Below, piece after piece: positions 30,130 through 45,400 of a stretch of 64,000 nucleotides of DNA. The position numbers and the translations under genes are program-made. Source of the DNA: Neptunomonas sp. (lineage in GTDB: Bacteria > Pseudomonadota > Gammaproteobacteria > Pseudomonadales > Balneatricaceae); the NCBI GenBank assembly GCA_036804365.1, contig DAIRSP010000001.1:45990-109989 (forward strand), read 5' to 3'. Position 1 is the first letter of the stretch, and each line of letters begins with the position of its first letter. The notes under the pieces were generated by a model. That model ran no database searches, was not told where the DNA came from, and saw only the letters and a program-made list of their open reading frames with translations.

Positions 30130-32241
30130 ATGAATAACAACATAATGAGTCAACATCCCAAGCATAAAGGGATAATCAGAAAGCTTGCACATGCAGCGTT
30201 TCTGTTTCTGTTGTTCGGCCTGCTATCACAACAGGCAATGGCGCAAGAGGTACTTCTACAAAAGAGTTCCTTCGTCAAGTTGCCAGGTAATCAGCTTGAA
30301 GTGCGCTTAGATTTTGATTCTGCCCCACCGATCCCCAAAGCTTACACCATCGATTCCCCGCCTAGACTCGTACTCGACTTTTGGGGTGTGAGTAATGATA
30401 TGCCTTCTAAAAGTATTGATGTACGTACGGGATCATTAGACTCACTCAGTTTCGCCCAAGGGAATGGCCGCCTTCGTGTTGTTGCTAACCTCTACAGTGT
30501 GTCGGATTATAAAACGACGACAGAAGGCAATAGTTTGTTTGTTGTCTTCGGTGAGAAGTCGCTATCTTCCGATAAAAAAGTCGCTTCCTTAGAAGCCAAA
30601 GATATGGCTAAAGAGCGCTCCGTTATGGAGGCCTACGACGATAAAACCCGTGTTCAAGGTATCGACTTTGAACGAGTTGACGGTGGAATAGGTCGCGTAG
30701 TAGTGACCCTGTCTGATGATAAAGCGGGGTTGGATGTTGAGGAGGAAGGCAATAATGTTGCCATTAAACTGTCGGGAGCCTCTTTATCAGAAGCCTTGCA
30801 GCAACGTGTGAACGTGCAGGACTTTGCAACACCGGTCATGTTTATTGATGCTATGCAGAATGGCAGGAATACTACCGTTTTAGTAAAGCCAGGGGCTGAG
30901 CCTTATGATTACATGGCTTATCAAACCGGTAACAAATTGGTATTGGATTTCAAGCCGTTAAGCCGCGCTGACAAAGAAGAAAAGAGTAAAAGTGATTTCC
31001 CTTACAGCGGTGAAAAGATTGACCTTAACTTCCAAAATGTTAGCGTACGTTCAGTGCTGCAGATTTTAGCCGAAGTCGCTCAGCTCAACTTGGTTGTTGA
31101 TGATGCGGTAGAAGGCGAGATAACTCTGCGCTTAAAACACGTTCCTTGGGATCAAGCGTTAGATATAGTACTGAAAACGCGTGGTTTGGATAAACGTCAT
31201 GTAGGGAATGTGTTGTTAGTTGCACCGGCTGAGCAAATTGCCGAGCGCGAAAGAATTGAATTGGAAAGCCAAAAGCAAGTTGAAGAGTTATCGCCACTAA
31301 AGACGGATTTTATTCAGGTCGACTTTCGAAAAGCCTCTGAGATGAGAGAGCGAATCTACGAAGCTAAGCTAGTTACAGATCGCGGTTTTATAGTAGCAGA
31401 TGACCAAACCAATGTTTTGATGGTGCGTGAAACAGCATCGCAGCTTGAAGAAATTCGTCGTACGCTGCGTAAGTTTGATAGCGAAGTATCTCAAATAATG
31501 ATTGAAGCACGTCTTGTTACGGCCAAGACTGAGTATTCACGAGAGCTAGGTGTCAAGTGGGGTTTTGGTCTGACAAGTGGTAATTTCTTGGCCGGCGGTG
31601 GCGGTGGCAGTTCATCTCCGTATTATGCTGAAGACTTTCCGGCGATAGGCGTAAATACACCATTGAACGTAGATTTAGGCTCGACTAATGCGACCTCATC
31701 GTTGCGACTAGGCTATGCAACTAGCAACTTTTTAATTTCCACTGAGTTGTCAGCTATGCAGAGTGAAGGTAAAGCGGAGATTGTATCGCAACCTAAGATA
31801 ATAACGACTAATGGTAAAGCAGCGCGTATTCAGTCAGGTCAGGAGATCCCTTACCAAACGGTTGAAGATGGTGAAGTTAAAATCGAGTTTAAGGATGTTG
31901 TACTGAGCTTGGATGTTACGCCGCAAATTAATCCAGGTGATCGTATAGCATTGGATCTTAAAATTACCCAAGACTCTATTGGTGAGGTTTTGGATAATGG
32001 TGAGATCAGTATTAATAAAAACGAGCTGGAAACCTCTGTTGTCGTCAAAGATGGTGATACCATTGTACTCGGCGGTGTATACCGAAATGAAGTGGTAGAT
32101 GCTGTTGCTAAAACCCCTCTGTTAGGTGACCTTCCTGTTATCGGTGGTTTGTTCCGTCGAACGGGTGTAGAGGATAATAAAGTAGAGCTGCTGATTTTCA
32201 TTACACCTAAGCTGATAAGAGAATCGTTGTCTGCAAGGTAG
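30130..32241 (+). CDS. pilQ: Type IV pilus secretin PilQ
   Basis: AMIN domains, [45 protein letters not shown]. Confidence 0.96.
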   Translation: MNNNIMSQHPKHKGIIRKLAHAAFLFLLFGLLSQQAMAQEVLLQKSSFVKLPGNQLEVRLDFDSAPPIPKAYTIDSPPRLVLDFWGVSNDMPSKSIDVRTGSLDSLSFAQGNGRLRVVANLYSVSDYKTTTEGNSLFVVFGEKSLSSDKKVASLEAKDMAKERSVMEAYDDKTRVQGIDFERVDGGIGRVVVTLSDDKAGLDVEEEGNNVAIKLSGASLSEALQQRVNVQDFATPVMFIDAMQNGRNTTVLVKPGAEPYDYMAYQTGNKLVLDFKPLSRADKEEKSKSDFPYSGEKIDLNFQNVSVRSVLQILAEVAQLNLVVDDAVEGEITLRLKHVPWDQALDIVLKTRGLDKRHVGNVLLVAPAEQIAERERIELESQKQVEELSPLKTDFIQVDFRKASEMRERIYEAKLVTDRGFIVADDQTNVLMVRETASQLEEIRRTLRKFDSEVSQIMIEARLVTAKTEYSRELGVKWGFGLTSGNFLAGGGGGSSSPYYAEDFPAIGVNTPLNVDLGSTNATSSLRLGYATSNFLISTELSAMQSEGKAEIVSQPKIITTNGKAARIQSGQEIPYQTVEDGEVKIEFKDVVLSLDVTPQINPGDRIALDLKITQDSIGEVLDNGEISINKNELETSVVVKDGDTIVLGGVYRNEVVDAVAKTPLLGDLPVIGGLFRRTGVEDNKVELLIFITPKLIRESLSAR

Positions 32242-32257
32242 TTGGAGTCGTGCAGGA

Positions 32258-32779
32258 TTGAATATAATTCTAGTTGGCCCTATGGGAGCAGGTAAAAGCA
32301 CCATAGGGCGTTTGCTTTCTCAGGAGTTGAGTCTGCGTTTCGTGGATGTTGATCGCGAAATTGAAGACCGCGCTGGTGCTAATATCCCTTGGATTTTTGA
32401 TGTCGAGGGTGAGAAAGGCTTTCGTGATCGTGAATCAACCGTAGTTCAAGAGCTAACACTGAATGATGATCAGGTGTTGGCAACGGGCGGAGGTGCCGTT
32501 CAGCGTCCCGAAAATCGTGAGTATTTGCGTCGAGGTTTTGTTGTTTACTTGAAAACTTCGATTGAGCAGCAGTTGGAAAGAACCGCAAAAGATAAAAATC
32601 GTCCCCTGCTTCAGTCCGATAACCCAAGGGCAACCTTAGAAGCTTTAATGGAAATCCGTGATCCGTTATATATACAGACAGCTGATGTGGTAGTGAAAAC
32701 GGATAAACGGCATCCGCGTGGTGTGGTGTTGGATATCATCAAGCAGATGGTTCGACAGGGTGTTATTGTTCAAGAATAG
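32258..32779 (+). CDS. aroK: Shikimate kinase
   Basis: [32 protein letters not shown] start. Confidence 0.96.
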   Translation: MNIILVGPMGAGKSTIGRLLSQELSLRFVDVDREIEDRAGANIPWIFDVEGEKGFRDRESTVVQELTLNDDQVLATGGGAVQRPENREYLRRGFVVYLKTSIEQQLERTAKDKNRPLLQSDNPRATLEALMEIRDPLYIQTADVVVKTDKRHPRGVVLDIIKQMVRQGVIVQE

Positions 32780-32801
32780 TTGTTAGGTCTGGAGTTTTAT
32801 T

Positions 32802-33881
32802 TTGCAATCGTTACGTGTTGAGTTGGGTGATCGTTCCTACCCTATCCATATTGGCCACAATTTATTCACCGCTGAACTCATTAGACCTTTTGTAAAAGGT
32901 AATCAGGTGATGATTGTTACTAATGATGTTGTTGGCCCTCTATATCTAGAAAAGCTGCTCCCTATTTTTAGTGATCTCAAGGTGGATGTCACCGTTTTAC
33001 CTGATGGGGAAGCCTTTAAAGACCTAGATCATCTAAATCTAATCTTTACTCAATTATTAAAAAAGAAGCACAACCGATCAACTACCCTAATTGCGCTAGG
33101 CGGTGGGGTTGTCGGTGATATGACCGGCTTTGCTGCGGCGAGTTATCAGCGAGGGGTCAACTTTATCCAGATTCCAACCACCTTGCTGTCGCAAGTTGAT
33201 TCATCCGTTGGTGGTAAAACGGGGGTGAATCACGCTTTAGGTAAGAATATGATAGGTGCATTTTATCAGCCTCAGTTAGTCTTAGCTGATATTGATGTGT
33301 TTAGCACCTTGCCTGACCGAGAGTTGTCTGCAGGAATAGCAGAGGTGATCAAGTATGGCCTGATTTATGATCATGACTTCTTTTGTTGGTTGGAAAACAA
33401 TATCGATAAAATGATGTCTAGGGATCCAGAGTCCTTAACTTATGCAGTCTATAGATCCTGTGAGATTAAGGCGGAAGTTGTCGCTCAAGATGAAAAAGAG
33501 AGCGGTATCCGAGCCTGGCTAAATTTAGGACATACATTTGGACATGCTATTGAAACGCATGAAGGCTATGGCAACTGGTTACATGGTGAAGCGGTTGCTG
33601 CGGGTACCATGATGGCTGCGAGCCTTTCTGAACGATTAGGCTGGCTCACGCAAGATGAGTTGAAGCGTGCGGAGTCACTCTTTATTCGGGCGAATTTGCC
33701 GATCACATCACCGAAAGGAATGTCGTCTGAGAGTTTTATGGAGCTTATGTCAGTCGACAAAAAGGTGATCGATGGAGTCTTGCGCTTAGTCTTGTTAGAG
33801 AAAATTGGCCGAGCGATAGTGACTTCTGACTATCCTAGATCTCTTTTGCTTGATGTTTTGAAACGTTACACGGATGAGTGA
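32802..33881 (+). CDS. aroB: 3-dehydroquinate synthase
   Basis: [45 protein letters not shown] start after GGAG. Confidence 0.97.
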   Translation: MQSLRVELGDRSYPIHIGHNLFTAELIRPFVKGNQVMIVTNDVVGPLYLEKLLPIFSDLKVDVTVLPDGEAFKDLDHLNLIFTQLLKKKHNRSTTLIALGGGVVGDMTGFAAASYQRGVNFIQIPTTLLSQVDSSVGGKTGVNHALGKNMIGAFYQPQLVLADIDVFSTLPDRELSAGIAEVIKYGLIYDHDFFCWLENNIDKMMSRDPESLTYAVYRSCEIKAEVVAQDEKESGIRAWLNLGHTFGHAIETHEGYGNWLHGEAVAAGTMMAASLSERLGWLTQDELKRAESLFIRANLPITSPKGMSSESFMELMSVDKKVIDGVLRLVLLEKIGRAIVTSDYPRSLLLDVLKRYTDE

Positions 33882-33890
33882 AGTCGGTAA

Positions 33891-35471
33891 ATGAGTCAGA
33901 ATTTTTACTTTGAACCCCCAAGTCGTCTACAGTTAGTCGATAAAATGGCGCACCTGTTGCGTTATTCGGATTTTCTGATTGTTATTACGGGTCCCAAAGG
34001 AGCTGGGAAAACATCCGTTGCCAAGAAACTAGTTCAAGAAACTAAAGCAAACGACATTCGACAAATAGCGATTACGCTCGAAGGTGAAACGGATGCGTTA
34101 TTGTTAGCGCAGACCTGTGCGAAAGTTATTACCCATGATGATGCATCCATTAAAGACCCGTTAACGATTTTGCATGAGCAAAGCCGTATTCTGCAGGATG
34201 TAGGGCAGCACTTTTTTATTCTCATTGATAATGCGGAATGGCTGACTGATGAGGCTATAGAGCTTTTATCAGGTTTATTGATCTCTGGTATAGGGAAACC
34301 AAAGGTCGTTTTATCCGGACAAGAGTCACTGGTTAATCGCTTAGCGTCCCTAAGTATTCATGAGCTGCTGGAAGGTAAGTTGCATGTAGAGCATCTGCAG
34401 CCCTTTGATAGAGAAGAAGCGAAAGAGTTTTTAGATTTACGCTTTAGTGGCCAGCCTGAACTGGGTAAGCGTGAATTTGATGCGCTCTACGATACAGCTG
34501 CGGGTTTCCCTGGCCGATTGACCTCAGCAACCTCAGCGATGTATCGCTCTGGTCGGCTAGACAGTCGCCGTTCTCGTAAGTCGTTTGGTTTGCCATTGCC
34601 TCTACCGCATATGCTAGGCATTGGCTTCGTGCTTTTTGTAGTGGTCTTGATCTCTATTTGGCAAATCATGAAGGTTGATGAAACCTCTGATGAGCAGGTC
34701 GCGTCTGATTCACGCATTAGCCTACCGCTGGCAGTTGATGGCAGGGTATCTGTGCCGTTAGCTGTCGATATTAACGATAAAGTAAAAATTGAAAGTCAGA
34801 TCACAGAGCTGAAAGATGAGCGAAGTGAGCTTTCGAAGCGACTGGCAGAGCAAGAGTCGATGATTAAGGAGCAGCTTGTTAAGCCGGGCTCCGCAGAAAC
34901 AACGCAAACAGTGGAAAGCCCGTCGTTATCGTCTGAAAAGTCAGTCATCGCTGCCTTAGAACAGCCCCGTTTAGAGGCAGTTACCGAAGCGGTGAAAGAG
35001 CCTCAAGAGATGGTTGCGCCGGTTGAAGTCGTGGCAAAACCCGAGGTTAAAACGGAACAGCCCGAACCTATAAAGCCGCCTGTGCCTGAAAAGCCGGTAC
35101 CCGTGGTAGCAAAAAAGGTAGTGGAGCCTAAAGTTGAGGTACCTGCCGCTACCGAGCAACCTACAGATTCTGTGTGGTTGAAAGAGAAGCAGCTATTGGC
35201 ATGGCCTTCTAAAGGTTATACATTGCAGCTGTTAGGCGCTCGATCAGAGTCTAGTGTCGATCAATTTATGCGATCTCTGAAGCAGCCGGAAAAAGTTTAT
35301 TATTTTCGCACTGTTTTTAAGGGCGCTCCGTGGCATGTATTGGTCTATGGGCAATATGCGAATAGAGCAGCAGCTGTTAGAGCCGTCGCAGCGCTCCCCG
35401 CTGAAATTAAGGATATGAAGCCTTGGCCTAGGAGTATTAAGGGTGTACAGGCAGATATACGGAAAAAATAA
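33891..35471 (+). CDS. AAA-domain/SPOR-domain protein (DamX-like)
   Basis: Walker A GPKGAGKT, ILIDNAE, TM, Pro/Glu-rich linker, SPOR YTLQLLG...KPWPR; follows aroB. Confidence 0.85.
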   Translation: MSQNFYFEPPSRLQLVDKMAHLLRYSDFLIVITGPKGAGKTSVAKKLVQETKANDIRQIAITLEGETDALLLAQTCAKVITHDDASIKDPLTILHEQSRILQDVGQHFFILIDNAEWLTDEAIELLSGLLISGIGKPKVVLSGQESLVNRLASLSIHELLEGKLHVEHLQPFDREEAKEFLDLRFSGQPELGKREFDALYDTAAGFPGRLTSATSAMYRSGRLDSRRSRKSFGLPLPLPHMLGIGFVLFVVVLISIWQIMKVDETSDEQVASDSRISLPLAVDGRVSVPLAVDINDKVKIESQITELKDERSELSKRLAEQESMIKEQLVKPGSAETTQTVESPSLSSEKSVIAALEQPRLEAVTEAVKEPQEMVAPVEVVAKPEVKTEQPEPIKPPVPEKPVPVVAKKVVEPKVEVPAATEQPTDSVWLKEKQLLAWPSKGYTLQLLGARSESSVDQFMRSLKQPEKVYYFRTVFKGAPWHVLVYGQYANRAAAVRAVAALPAEIKDMKPWPRSIKGVQADIRKK

Positions 35472-35563
35472 ATAATTCTTTAGAAAAAACAAAAAAAAAT
35501 TCTACAAAAACGGCATTTTATCGCTTTTTTTATGTGTTTAGATGCTGTTATTCTGTTTATAAA

Positions 35564-35592
35564 TTGTCCCAAATGTTCTCAGCGTGTAGAAT
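35564..35592 (+). promoter_or_regulatory. Sigma70 promoter of gltBD
   Basis: TTGTCC-N17-TAGAAT, preceded by about 100 bp rich in A/T tracts. Confidence 0.65.
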
Positions 35593-35685
35593 ATCGATCC
35601 CTTTTTGCCTGCCATATTATCGTTCAGTCGAAAAGGTTAATATTTAAGCCTTTGTATTTAAAGAACTTTTAAGTGAGAATGACTT

Positions 35686-38600
35686 ATGAGTACAGGTCTG
35701 TATCGCCCCGGTGAGTTTAAGGATAACTGTGGCTTTGGTCTGATGGCGCACCTTCAAGGTGAAGCTAGTCATGATCTTTTACAAAAAGCGATAGGTGCAC
35801 TTGCCTGTATGACCCATCGTGGTGGTATTGCTGCCGATGGTAAAACAGGTGACGGTTGTGGTTTATTACTACAAAAACCCGATAGCTTTTTACGCACCAT
35901 TGCAAAAGAAGAGCTAGATGTAACGCTAGAAGATCAGTATGCCGTTGGTATGGTGTTTATGTCCCAGGACAGTGCACGTGCTGATGCTGCTCGTCTAGCC
36001 GTTAATAAGGCGATTGAAGAGCAAGGTTTAATTGTTGCAGGCTGGCGTGTAGTGCCAACCGACGAATCTTGTCTGGGTCCTATCGCACGCGATACGTTGC
36101 CGAAAATTGAACAGGTATTCATTCAGGCATCCGGTAAAGATGAGCGTGCCTTTGGTATCAGCTTATTTGTTGCTCGTCGTAAAGCTGAAATTGCGATGTC
36201 TACTGACGCAGATTTTTACATCTGCAGTATGTCAGACAAGGTTATTTCCTATAAAGGTCTAACTATGCCTGTAGATCTGCCAGTCTTTTATAAAGACTTA
36301 GCAGATGAGCGTTTAGAAACAGCGGTATGTACTTACCATCAGCGTTTCTCTACCAATACAGCCCCTCGTTGGCCGTTAGCACAACCATTCCGTTTCCTTG
36401 CTCATAATGGTGAGATCAACACAGTTGATGGTAACCGTAACTGGGCACGTGCGCGTTCGCGTAAGTTTGCGACCGATCTATTACCGAATCTCGAAGACCT
36501 GCAGCCTATCGTCAACACGACGGGTTCAGACTCCTCTAGTATGGATAACATGCTAGAGTTCTTGATGGTAGGTGGTATCGATATCTATCGTGCAGTGCGT
36601 ATGATTATCCCGCCTGCATGGCAAAACGTAGATACGATGGATGCAGAGTTACGAGCATTCTATGAGTATAACTCCATGCATATGGAGCCTTGGGATGGTC
36701 CAGCCGGCATGGTAATGACCGACGGTCGCTTCGCTGTCTGTATGCTTGACCGAAACGGTTTACGTCCATCACGTTGGGTCATGACAAAGCAAGGCTATAT
36801 CTGCACGGCCTCGGAGATTGGTGTTTTTGACTACGAGCCAGAAGATATCGTAGGACAGGGTCGTGTTGGACCTGGTCAGATTTTAGCTATTGATACCCAA
36901 ACAGGTGAGATTCTTCACACTGCCGATGTAGATGATCGTCTCAAAAAAGCTAAGCCTTATAAAAAATGGCTAAAAGAGAATGCGTTGCGCTTAGAGCAAA
37001 CGATGAATTTCTCTGAAGAAGCTGAGTCTTTCCGTGATATGTCGCCGGAAGAGGTTAAAGCGAACATGAAAATGTTCCAGGTAACCTTTGAAGAGCGTGA
37101 TCACGTGATTCGCCCATTAGGTGAGTCAGGTATGGAAGCGGTCGGTTCAATGGGTGATGATAAGCCGATGGCAGTTTTATCTAGCCGTATTCGTTCTCCA
37201 TACGACTACTTCAGACAGCAATTCGCACAGGTAACAAACCCACCTATCGACCCACTGCGTGAAGCGATAGTGATGTCTTTAGAGACTTGTATTGGTGCTG
37301 AGCGTAACGTTTTTGAAGAAACGCCTGAACATGCGCGTCGAGTGATTTTAACCTCTCCGGTACTGTCAGCGTCTAAGTTCCGTCGCTTGCGTGATAACAA
37401 TGAAAAGGGTTTTGAGGTTGCTAAAATTGACCTTAACTATGACCCTGAAACGTTAACACTCGAACAGGCAATAAAAGCGGTCGCTGATAAGGCTGAACAA
37501 GCTGTACGTAGCGGGAAGGTACTGATTCTGCTTACCGATGCAACGATAGAACCGGGTAAACTGCCGATTCATGCTGCATTTGCAACGGGCGCAGTACATC
37601 ACCGTCTAGTGGATACAGGTTTACGTTGTGATGCGAACATCATTGTTGAAACCGGCACGGTACGCGATCCGCATCATTTTGCGGTATTGTTTGGCTTTGG
37701 TGCAACTGCTGTTTATCCGTTCTTGGTTTACCGAGTACTAAACGATCTGTGCGCTAATAGCGAGATTACGCTGCCGCCACTCGATAGTCATGAGAACTAT
37801 CGTAAAGGTATCAAAAAAGGCTTGATGAAAATCCTGTCGAAGATGGGTATTTCAACAATCGCCTCTTACCGCGGAGCACAGCTTTTCGAAGCAATTGGTT
37901 TAAGCTCCGAAGTCGTTGGCCTTTGCTTTAAAGGCGTGGCTAGCCGCATTGAAGGTGCTCGTTTCGAAGATTTCCAATTTGAGCAGTCACTTCTGGCTAA
38001 AGAAGCTTGGACAGCGCGTAAGCCTATCCAGCAGGGTGGTTTGCTCAAGTATATGCATGATGGTGAATACCATGCATATAACCCGGATGTTGTGCGTACC
38101 ATCCATGAAGCGGTAGAGAGCGGTGATCCTGCTAAATATCAGATCTATGCTGATTTAGTGAATAATCGTGGCGTAGCAACGTTGCGTGACCTACTGGCGT
38201 TGAAGAAAGATGTAAAAGCGATCCCGTTGGATCAAGTTGAGCCGATAGAAAGCATTTTGCAGCGTTTTGACTCTGCTGCTATGTCTCTGGGTGCACTTTC
38301 TCCCGAGGCGCATGAAGCGCTCGCCGTTGCCATGAACGAACTGGGCGGGCGCTCTAACTCGGGTGAAGGCGGTGAAGATCCTGCGCGTCATGGCACGATG
38401 AAACGCTCAAAAATCAAGCAGATCGCATCTGGCCGTTTCGGCGTCACGCCAGAATACCTGATGAGCGCAGACGTTATGCAGATCAAGGTCGCTCAGGGTG
38501 CTAAACCGGGCGAAGGTGGTCAGTTACCGGGTGGTAAAGTGAATGAGTTAATAGCTCGTTTACGTTACTCCGTACCGGGTGTGACTCTGATTTCTCCGCC

Positions 38601-40143
38601 GCCGCACCATGATATCTACTCAATTGAAGATTTGGCGCAGCTGATTTTTGACTTAAAGCAGATCAACCCAGAAGGTTTAGTCTCTGTTAAGTTAGTGTCT
38701 CGTCCGGGTGTAGGAACGATTGCGTGTGGTGTTGCGAAAGCCTATGCCGATCTGATTACTATCTCTGGTTACGACGGTGGTACAGCAGCATCGCCGTTGA
38801 CCTCAATTCACTATGCCGGTTCTCCATGGGAATTGGGCTTGTCTGATGCACATCAGTCTCTACGTGGTAACCATCTACGTGGCAAGATTCGTTTGCAAAC
38901 AGACGGTGGTTTGAAAACCGGTCTAGATGTTGTTAAAGCGGCAATGTTAGGTGCTGAAAGCTTTGGTTTTGGTACCATGCCAATGGTGGCTTTAGGCTGT
39001 AAATACCTGCGTATTTGCCACTTAAACAACTGTGCGACAGGTGTAGCGACACAAAACGAAAAACTGCGTGAGGATCACTTCCGCGGTACCGTTGAAATGG
39101 TTAAGAACTTCTTCCGCTTTGTCGCAGAAGAAACGCGTCAGTGGATGGCTCAGTTAGGTATTCGAACCATGGATGAGCTAGTAGGCCGTGTTGACCTATT
39201 AGAGCTGATGGAAGGTAATACACCGAAGCAGAAGAATTTGGATCTTAGTCCAATTATCAGCGATGGTGGTGTACCTGCCGAATACCCACAAACCTGTCAG
39301 CAGACGAAGAATGATCCATACGATTCAGGTGAACTGAATACGCGCATGCTTGAGATGTCTCTACAAAGCATTGAGCAAAAATCAGGGGGTGAATGGGAAT
39401 TAACTATCACTAACTGTGACCGTTCAGTCGGAGCTCGTACGTCAGGTGCTATTGCTAAACGCCATGGTAACTTGGGTATGAGTGGTCAACCGCTGACCTA
39501 TAATTTTAAAGGACATGCTGGTCAGTCATTTGGTGTTTGGAACGCCGGTGGCCAGAACCTGATTTTAGAAGGTGATGCTAACGACTATGTCGGTAAAGGA
39601 ATGGCTGGCGGTAAAGTCGTCATTAAGCCGTTTGCTAAAGCAACCTTTAAGTCAAACAAAACCTCCATTATGGGTAATACCTGCCTATATGGCGCAACGG
39701 GTGGTAAGTTATTTGCTGCGGGTCGTGCTGGTGAGCGTTTTGCGGTTCGTAACTCAGGTTGTCATGCTGTTATCGAAGGTGCAGGCGATCACTGTTGTGA
39801 ATATATGACAGGTGGTTTAGTTACCGTGTTAGGCCCAACTGGCTATAACTTCGGTGCCGGTATGACGGGTGGTTTTGCCTATGTCCTAGATATGGATAAC
39901 CGATTTGTTGATCGCTACAACCATGAGTTAGTAGAGATCCATCGTATTCATATTGAGCACATGGAGATTTACAAGAACCATTTACGCTCTGTCATCATTG
40001 AGTTTACTAAAGAAACAGGCAGTGCTTGGGGTCAAGAGATCATCGATAACTATGATGATTACTTGGGTCGCTTCTGGTTAGTAAAACCAAAAGCTTCTGG
40101 TATCAATGATCTATTGAATAGTGTTCGTAAACGCCCTGAGTAA
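35686..40143 (+). CDS. gltB: Glutamate synthase large subunit
   Basis: Propeptide then [50 protein letters not shown]. Confidence 0.98.
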   Translation: MSTGLYRPGEFKDNCGFGLMAHLQGEASHDLLQKAIGALACMTHRGGIAADGKTGDGCGLLLQKPDSFLRTIAKEELDVTLEDQYAVGMVFMSQDSARADAARLAVNKAIEEQGLIVAGWRVVPTDESCLGPIARDTLPKIEQVFIQASGKDERAFGISLFVARRKAEIAMSTDADFYICSMSDKVISYKGLTMPVDLPVFYKDLADERLETAVCTYHQRFSTNTAPRWPLAQPFRFLAHNGEINTVDGNRNWARARSRKFATDLLPNLEDLQPIVNTTGSDSSSMDNMLEFLMVGGIDIYRAVRMIIPPAWQNVDTMDAELRAFYEYNSMHMEPWDGPAGMVMTDGRFAVCMLDRNGLRPSRWVMTKQGYICTASEIGVFDYEPEDIVGQGRVGPGQILAIDTQTGEILHTADVDDRLKKAKPYKKWLKENALRLEQTMNFSEEAESFRDMSPEEVKANMKMFQVTFEERDHVIRPLGESGMEAVGSMGDDKPMAVLSSRIRSPYDYFRQQFAQVTNPPIDPLREAIVMSLETCIGAERNVFEETPEHARRVILTSPVLSASKFRRLRDNNEKGFEVAKIDLNYDPETLTLEQAIKAVADKAEQAVRSGKVLILLTDATIEPGKLPIHAAFATGAVHHRLVDTGLRCDANIIVETGTVRDPHHFAVLFGFGATAVYPFLVYRVLNDLCANSEITLPPLDSHENYRKGIKKGLMKILSKMGISTIASYRGAQLFEAIGLSSEVVGLCFKGVASRIEGARFEDFQFEQSLLAKEAWTARKPIQQGGLLKYMHDGEYHAYNPDVVRTIHEAVESGDPAKYQIYADLVNNRGVATLRDLLALKKDVKAIPLDQVEPIESILQRFDSAAMSLGALSPEAHEALAVAMNELGGRSNSGEGGEDPARHGTMKRSKIKQIASGRFGVTPEYLMSADVMQIKVAQGAKPGEGGQLPGGKVNELIARLRYSVPGVTLISPPPHHDIYSIEDLAQLIFDLKQINPEGLVSVKLVSRPGVGTIACGVAKAYADLITISGYDGGTAASPLTSIHYAGSPWELGLSDAHQSLRGNHLRGKIRLQTDGGLKTGLDVVKAAMLGAESFGFGTMPMVALGCKYLRICHLNNCATGVATQNEKLREDHFRGTVEMVKNFFRFVAEETRQWMAQLGIRTMDELVGRVDLLELMEGNTPKQKNLDLSPIISDGGVPAEYPQTCQQTKNDPYDSGELNTRMLEMSLQSIEQKSGGEWELTITNCDRSVGARTSGAIAKRHGNLGMSGQPLTYNFKGHAGQSFGVWNAGGQNLILEGDANDYVGKGMAGGKVVIKPFAKATFKSNKTSIMGNTCLYGATGGKLFAAGRAGERFAVRNSGCHAVIEGAGDHCCEYMTGGLVTVLGPTGYNFGAGMTGGFAYVLDMDNRFVDRYNHELVEIHRIHIEHMEIYKNHLRSVIIEFTKETGSAWGQEIIDNYDDYLGRFWLVKPKASGINDLLNSVRKRPE

Positions 40144-40169
40144 CAGGTTTCGTAGCGATAAAAGTTTAA

Positions 40170-41639
<1,470 letters not shown>

Positions 41640-41657
41640 TCGCTTAATCTGTTCGGT

Positions 41658-41683
41658 AAAAAGGCCGCTTGACGGCCTTTTTT
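41658..41683. terminator. Bidirectional terminator between gltD and the put genes
   Basis: AAAAAGGCCG-cttga-CGGCCTTTTTT. Confidence 0.88.
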
Positions 41684-41704
41684 ATTGTGATTACTACTGA
41701 AGTC

Positions 41705-42385
41705 CTAAGCGTCTGCGCGTCCACCCAACTCAAGAAGTGTTGCATTTCCACCCACTGCAGTCGTATTAACTGTGATCGTTTTTTCGGTCACAAAGCGCCA
41801 AATGTAGTCTTGGGTCGTTAGGTTAGAATAGTGATCAAAGTCAGATTCTTCAATTAACTGTGCTAAGCAACCGCCGCGTTTTGACAATGATAAATTTAAC
41901 TCACGAATCGAAGTGAGAGAGCCGCAAAACGCATAGGCGCTAAAGTCGATCTGGGATGCACATTCTTGCAGCGGCGCATCAGTGAGATGTACCAAGCTAC
42001 TGGGAACGTCTGTATTGATGAGTGCTGAGTGCAGCTTATGCATATATTTTTGGTCCGCTTGCATAATGACGCAATTGCCTGTTGCTAGCGCGGTAAATAC
42101 CTGAGCTGCAACTGCTTGCTCGTCAGCAGAGGCATCAGAGGCTATGCAGACCACTCCGCGACCTTGCCAGTGAAGACTATTGGCTTCACCCGTCGGACCC
42201 GGTAGTGTGATCTCTCCGAGCATTGAGGTATGAATTTGATCCAGTAGCCAATTAACCAGAGGATGATCAACTTCATGCGCAGCTTTACGCAGTGTGAGTA
42301 AACGTTTCTCTAATCCGAGAGCATTCCAGACTTCCCAATGTTGAAGTGCATCCTGAACAGCGATATCTAGTGTCATTTTATTCAT
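41705..42385 (-). CDS. Stand-alone PutA C-terminal ALDH-like domain protein (probably non-catalytic)
   Basis: LPGPTGEAN and RFVTEKTITVNTTAVGGNATLL match the C-terminal domain of long PutAs; own SD GAGGAGG. Confidence 0.85.
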   Translation of the reverse strand: MNKMTLDIAVQDALQHWEVWNALGLEKRLLTLRKAAHEVDHPLVNWLLDQIHTSMLGEITLPGPTGEANSLHWQGRGVVCIASDASADEQAVAAQVFTALATGNCVIMQADQKYMHKLHSALINTDVPSSLVHLTDAPLQECASQIDFSAYAFCGSLTSIRELNLSLSKRGGCLAQLIEESDFDHYSNLTTQDYIWRFVTEKTITVNTTAVGGNATLLELGGRADA

Positions 42386-42404
42386 CTTTATATCCTCCTC
42401 AGGC

Positions 42405-45400
42405 TTACGCCTGCCCCTGCTTAACTTCTCGGGTAAAGCGTTTCAAATAGTGTGGGCCGCCGGCTTTCGGACCTGTACCAGATAGACCCTGCCCTCCGAA
42501 TGGCTGAACACCGACAACTGCACCCACTTGATCACGGTTGATATAGATGTTACCAACACGGGCGCGTGACGATATCAGGTTAGCGGTGGTTTCATTACGG
42601 GTGTGGATACCCAGTGTTAAACCAAAGCCGGTTGCATTGATGGTATCTATCACCTTCTCCAGATCGTTTGCCTTATAGCGAACCACATGGAGAACTGGGC
42701 CAAACTGTTCTTCTGTTAGTAGGTCGATACCTGAGATCTCAAACGCTGTTGGGGCAACAAATGTCCCGTTTTCTGAATGAGATGGCAGCGGTGTTTGAGC
42801 AATAAACTGGCCGACTTCACGCATACGACGAATATGATTATCCAGTCCCTGTTTGGCCGCTGCATCGATCACAGGGCCAATGTCAGTTTTATGCTGGGTT
42901 GGATCCCCCACAACACGCTCCATCATTGCACCGCGAAGCATTGGGATAATGCGATCTGCAATATCCTGTTGAACAAATAGGACACGTAGCGCGGAACAGC
43001 GTTGTCCAGCTGATGCAAAGGCCGAGCGAACCACATCACGAACGACCTGTTCGGGAAGTGAGGTCGAGTCAATGATCATTGCATTTTGGCCGCCTGTTTC
43101 AGCAATAAAAGGAACAGGTTCACGGTCGCGACTAGCGAGAGCTTGGTTAATAAGACGAGCGGTTTCGGTTGAGCCGGTAAAAGCGACACCGTCCACCCGA
43201 GGATCGGATGTTAACGGCGCACCAACCGTTGCACCATCACCAAGCACTAGCTGGATAGCACCGGCTGGAATGCCTGCTTCTAGCATTAGTTGAGTGGCTC
43301 GGAAGGCAATAAGGCCCGTCTGCTCCGCAGGTTTGGCTACAACGCAGTTCCCTGCAGCAAGAGCTGCTGTAATCTGGCCTAAGAAAATAGCCAGTGGGAA
43401 GTTCCAAGGTGAGATGCAGACAAACACACCTCGCCCTTGGCGGGTCACATTTGTTAGCTTACCCTCAAAGGTGGGTAGTTGAATCTCATCTGTCATCGTT
43501 GAACGTGCTTGCACTGCATAGTAGCGACAAAAGTCGACGGCTTCACGGATCTCATCGATACTGTCTTGCAGAGTTTTACCGGCTTCGCGATGGCATAGAG
43601 CCATCAATTCACCATAATTCGCTTCTAATAAATCAGCTAGCCGCTCTAATGTAGCTGCGCGTTGGTCAACAGGCGTATCACGCCAGATAGGATAGAAAGT
43701 GGTAGCGCAAGAGAGTGCTTGATCAACATGGCTTCGGTCGCTCCAAATCATCCGACCAACGACTTCGTCATGATTGTAAGGTGCATTTATATCTAAGGCC
43801 GCTGATGTCGTCTCGGGCGCCGTGCCATTAATTAACGATGTTGCTTGCCACTGAGTCTGCATAAATGGCTGTATCTTCTCTTGGAAAGCCTGCCATTCAC
43901 CCTCAATCTCAATATTGTAGCCGCGCGAGTTTTTACGTTCTTTGCCAAACAGGGTGTCTGGTTGAGGAATGTGTGGGTTGGCCAAAGATGAACGAGCTTG
44001 GAGTACTTCCGCAGGGTGGTGGATGAGTTCGCTAATGGGACAGCGAGCATCCACTAGGCGGTGTACGAACGAACTATTAGCTCCGTTTTCCAATAGGCGT
44101 CGCACTAAATAAGGCAGCAAATCTTTATGACTACCAACAGGTGCATAGATACGGACGTTGACGGTATGTTGTTTGATAACGGTGTTGTAAAGCGCATCAC
44201 CCATGCCGTGTAAACGTTGGAATTCAAATTGATCGTGTTTTGCCATACCAATGATCGACGCAACCGTGTGGGCGTTATGGCTAGCGAATTGTGGGTAAAT
44301 ATTACCGCGCACACTGTCGCTTAATAGAAAGCGTGCACAGGCCAGATAGGCAGTGTCTGTCGCTTCTTTGCGCGTGTAAACAGGGTAGCCATTTAGACCA
44401 CGCTGCTGACAGTTTTTAATCTCGCTGTCCCAATATGCACCTTTGACTAAGCGTAATGGAATGCAATCGCCTTGCTGTTTTGCAAGCGCAGCTAACCAGA
44501 CAAGTACCGGTAGTGCCCGTTTTGAGTAAGCTTGAACGACTAAACCTAGTCCGCCCCAACCTTGTGCGTCTGGATGTTGATACAGTTGTTTGAAGAGTTT
44601 TAAGGAAAGCTCCAAACGATCAGCTTCCTCCGCATCAATAGTGATACCGACATCTAGGTTACGCGCATGGCGAATCAGTGAGCGAACCTTGTCGCTCATC
44701 TCGCCTAATACGCGGTCTTCTTGCCCTACCTCATAGCGAGGATGTAGAGCGGAAAGCTTGATCGAGACTGTCGGGCGCGGAGAGTTACCGCGGTAGCTAT
44801 CTTTACCAACCGCTGTAATCGCCTGATAGTAATCATTGAAGTACTTTTCAGCATCCTGTGCTGTGAGTGCGGCTTCTCCTAGCATATCGAATGAGTAGGT
44901 ATAGCCCTTGTCACGCTGACTATGGCCACGCTTTAAGGCTTCTTTAATGCTACGACCCAAAACAAACTGATGCCCCATGATTTTCATCGCTTGGTTCATA
45001 ACTTTGCGGATGACAGGCTCGGACAGTTTATTAACTAAACGGTTAATCGAATTCGAAGGGGAGCCATCTTCATTTTCATCCAGCGTGACAACTTTGCCCG
45101 TCAGTAAAAGCCCCCAGGTTGAGGCATTAACAAACAGAGAGTCGGAGTTTTTAAGATGTGCTTTCCAATCAGCCACTGATAGCTTGTCTTTGATCAGAGC
45201 GTCTGCGGTATCGGCGTCAGGGATACGCATCAGTGCTTCAGCAAGGCACATGAGTAGAATGCCTTCACGCGTATCAAGGCTGTACTCGAGTAAGAGCGCA
45301 TCAATCATATGAATTGCGCCATCATCGGCGCGCACGCGAGAGATAAGCTGTGCTGCACCTTCGGTAATCCGTTGTTTCTCAGCGGTATCTGGGAGCGCTA

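Noticed and set aside
22495..32241. Nuclease plus pilMNOPQ as a dedicated DNA-uptake system
   Set aside because: Separated by the malic enzyme gene and mrcA in ordinary conserved core synteny; no comEA/comEC in the window
35461..35560. Long A/T tracts after the DamX-like gene as a repeat element or terminator
   Set aside because: No good stem; best explained as AT-rich upstream DNA of the gltB promoter
42386..42404. putA as a pseudogene broken by a frameshift or nonsense mutation
   Set aside because: Both catalytic domains are complete, the break falls at a domain boundary, and the downstream ORF has its own strong SD and ATG
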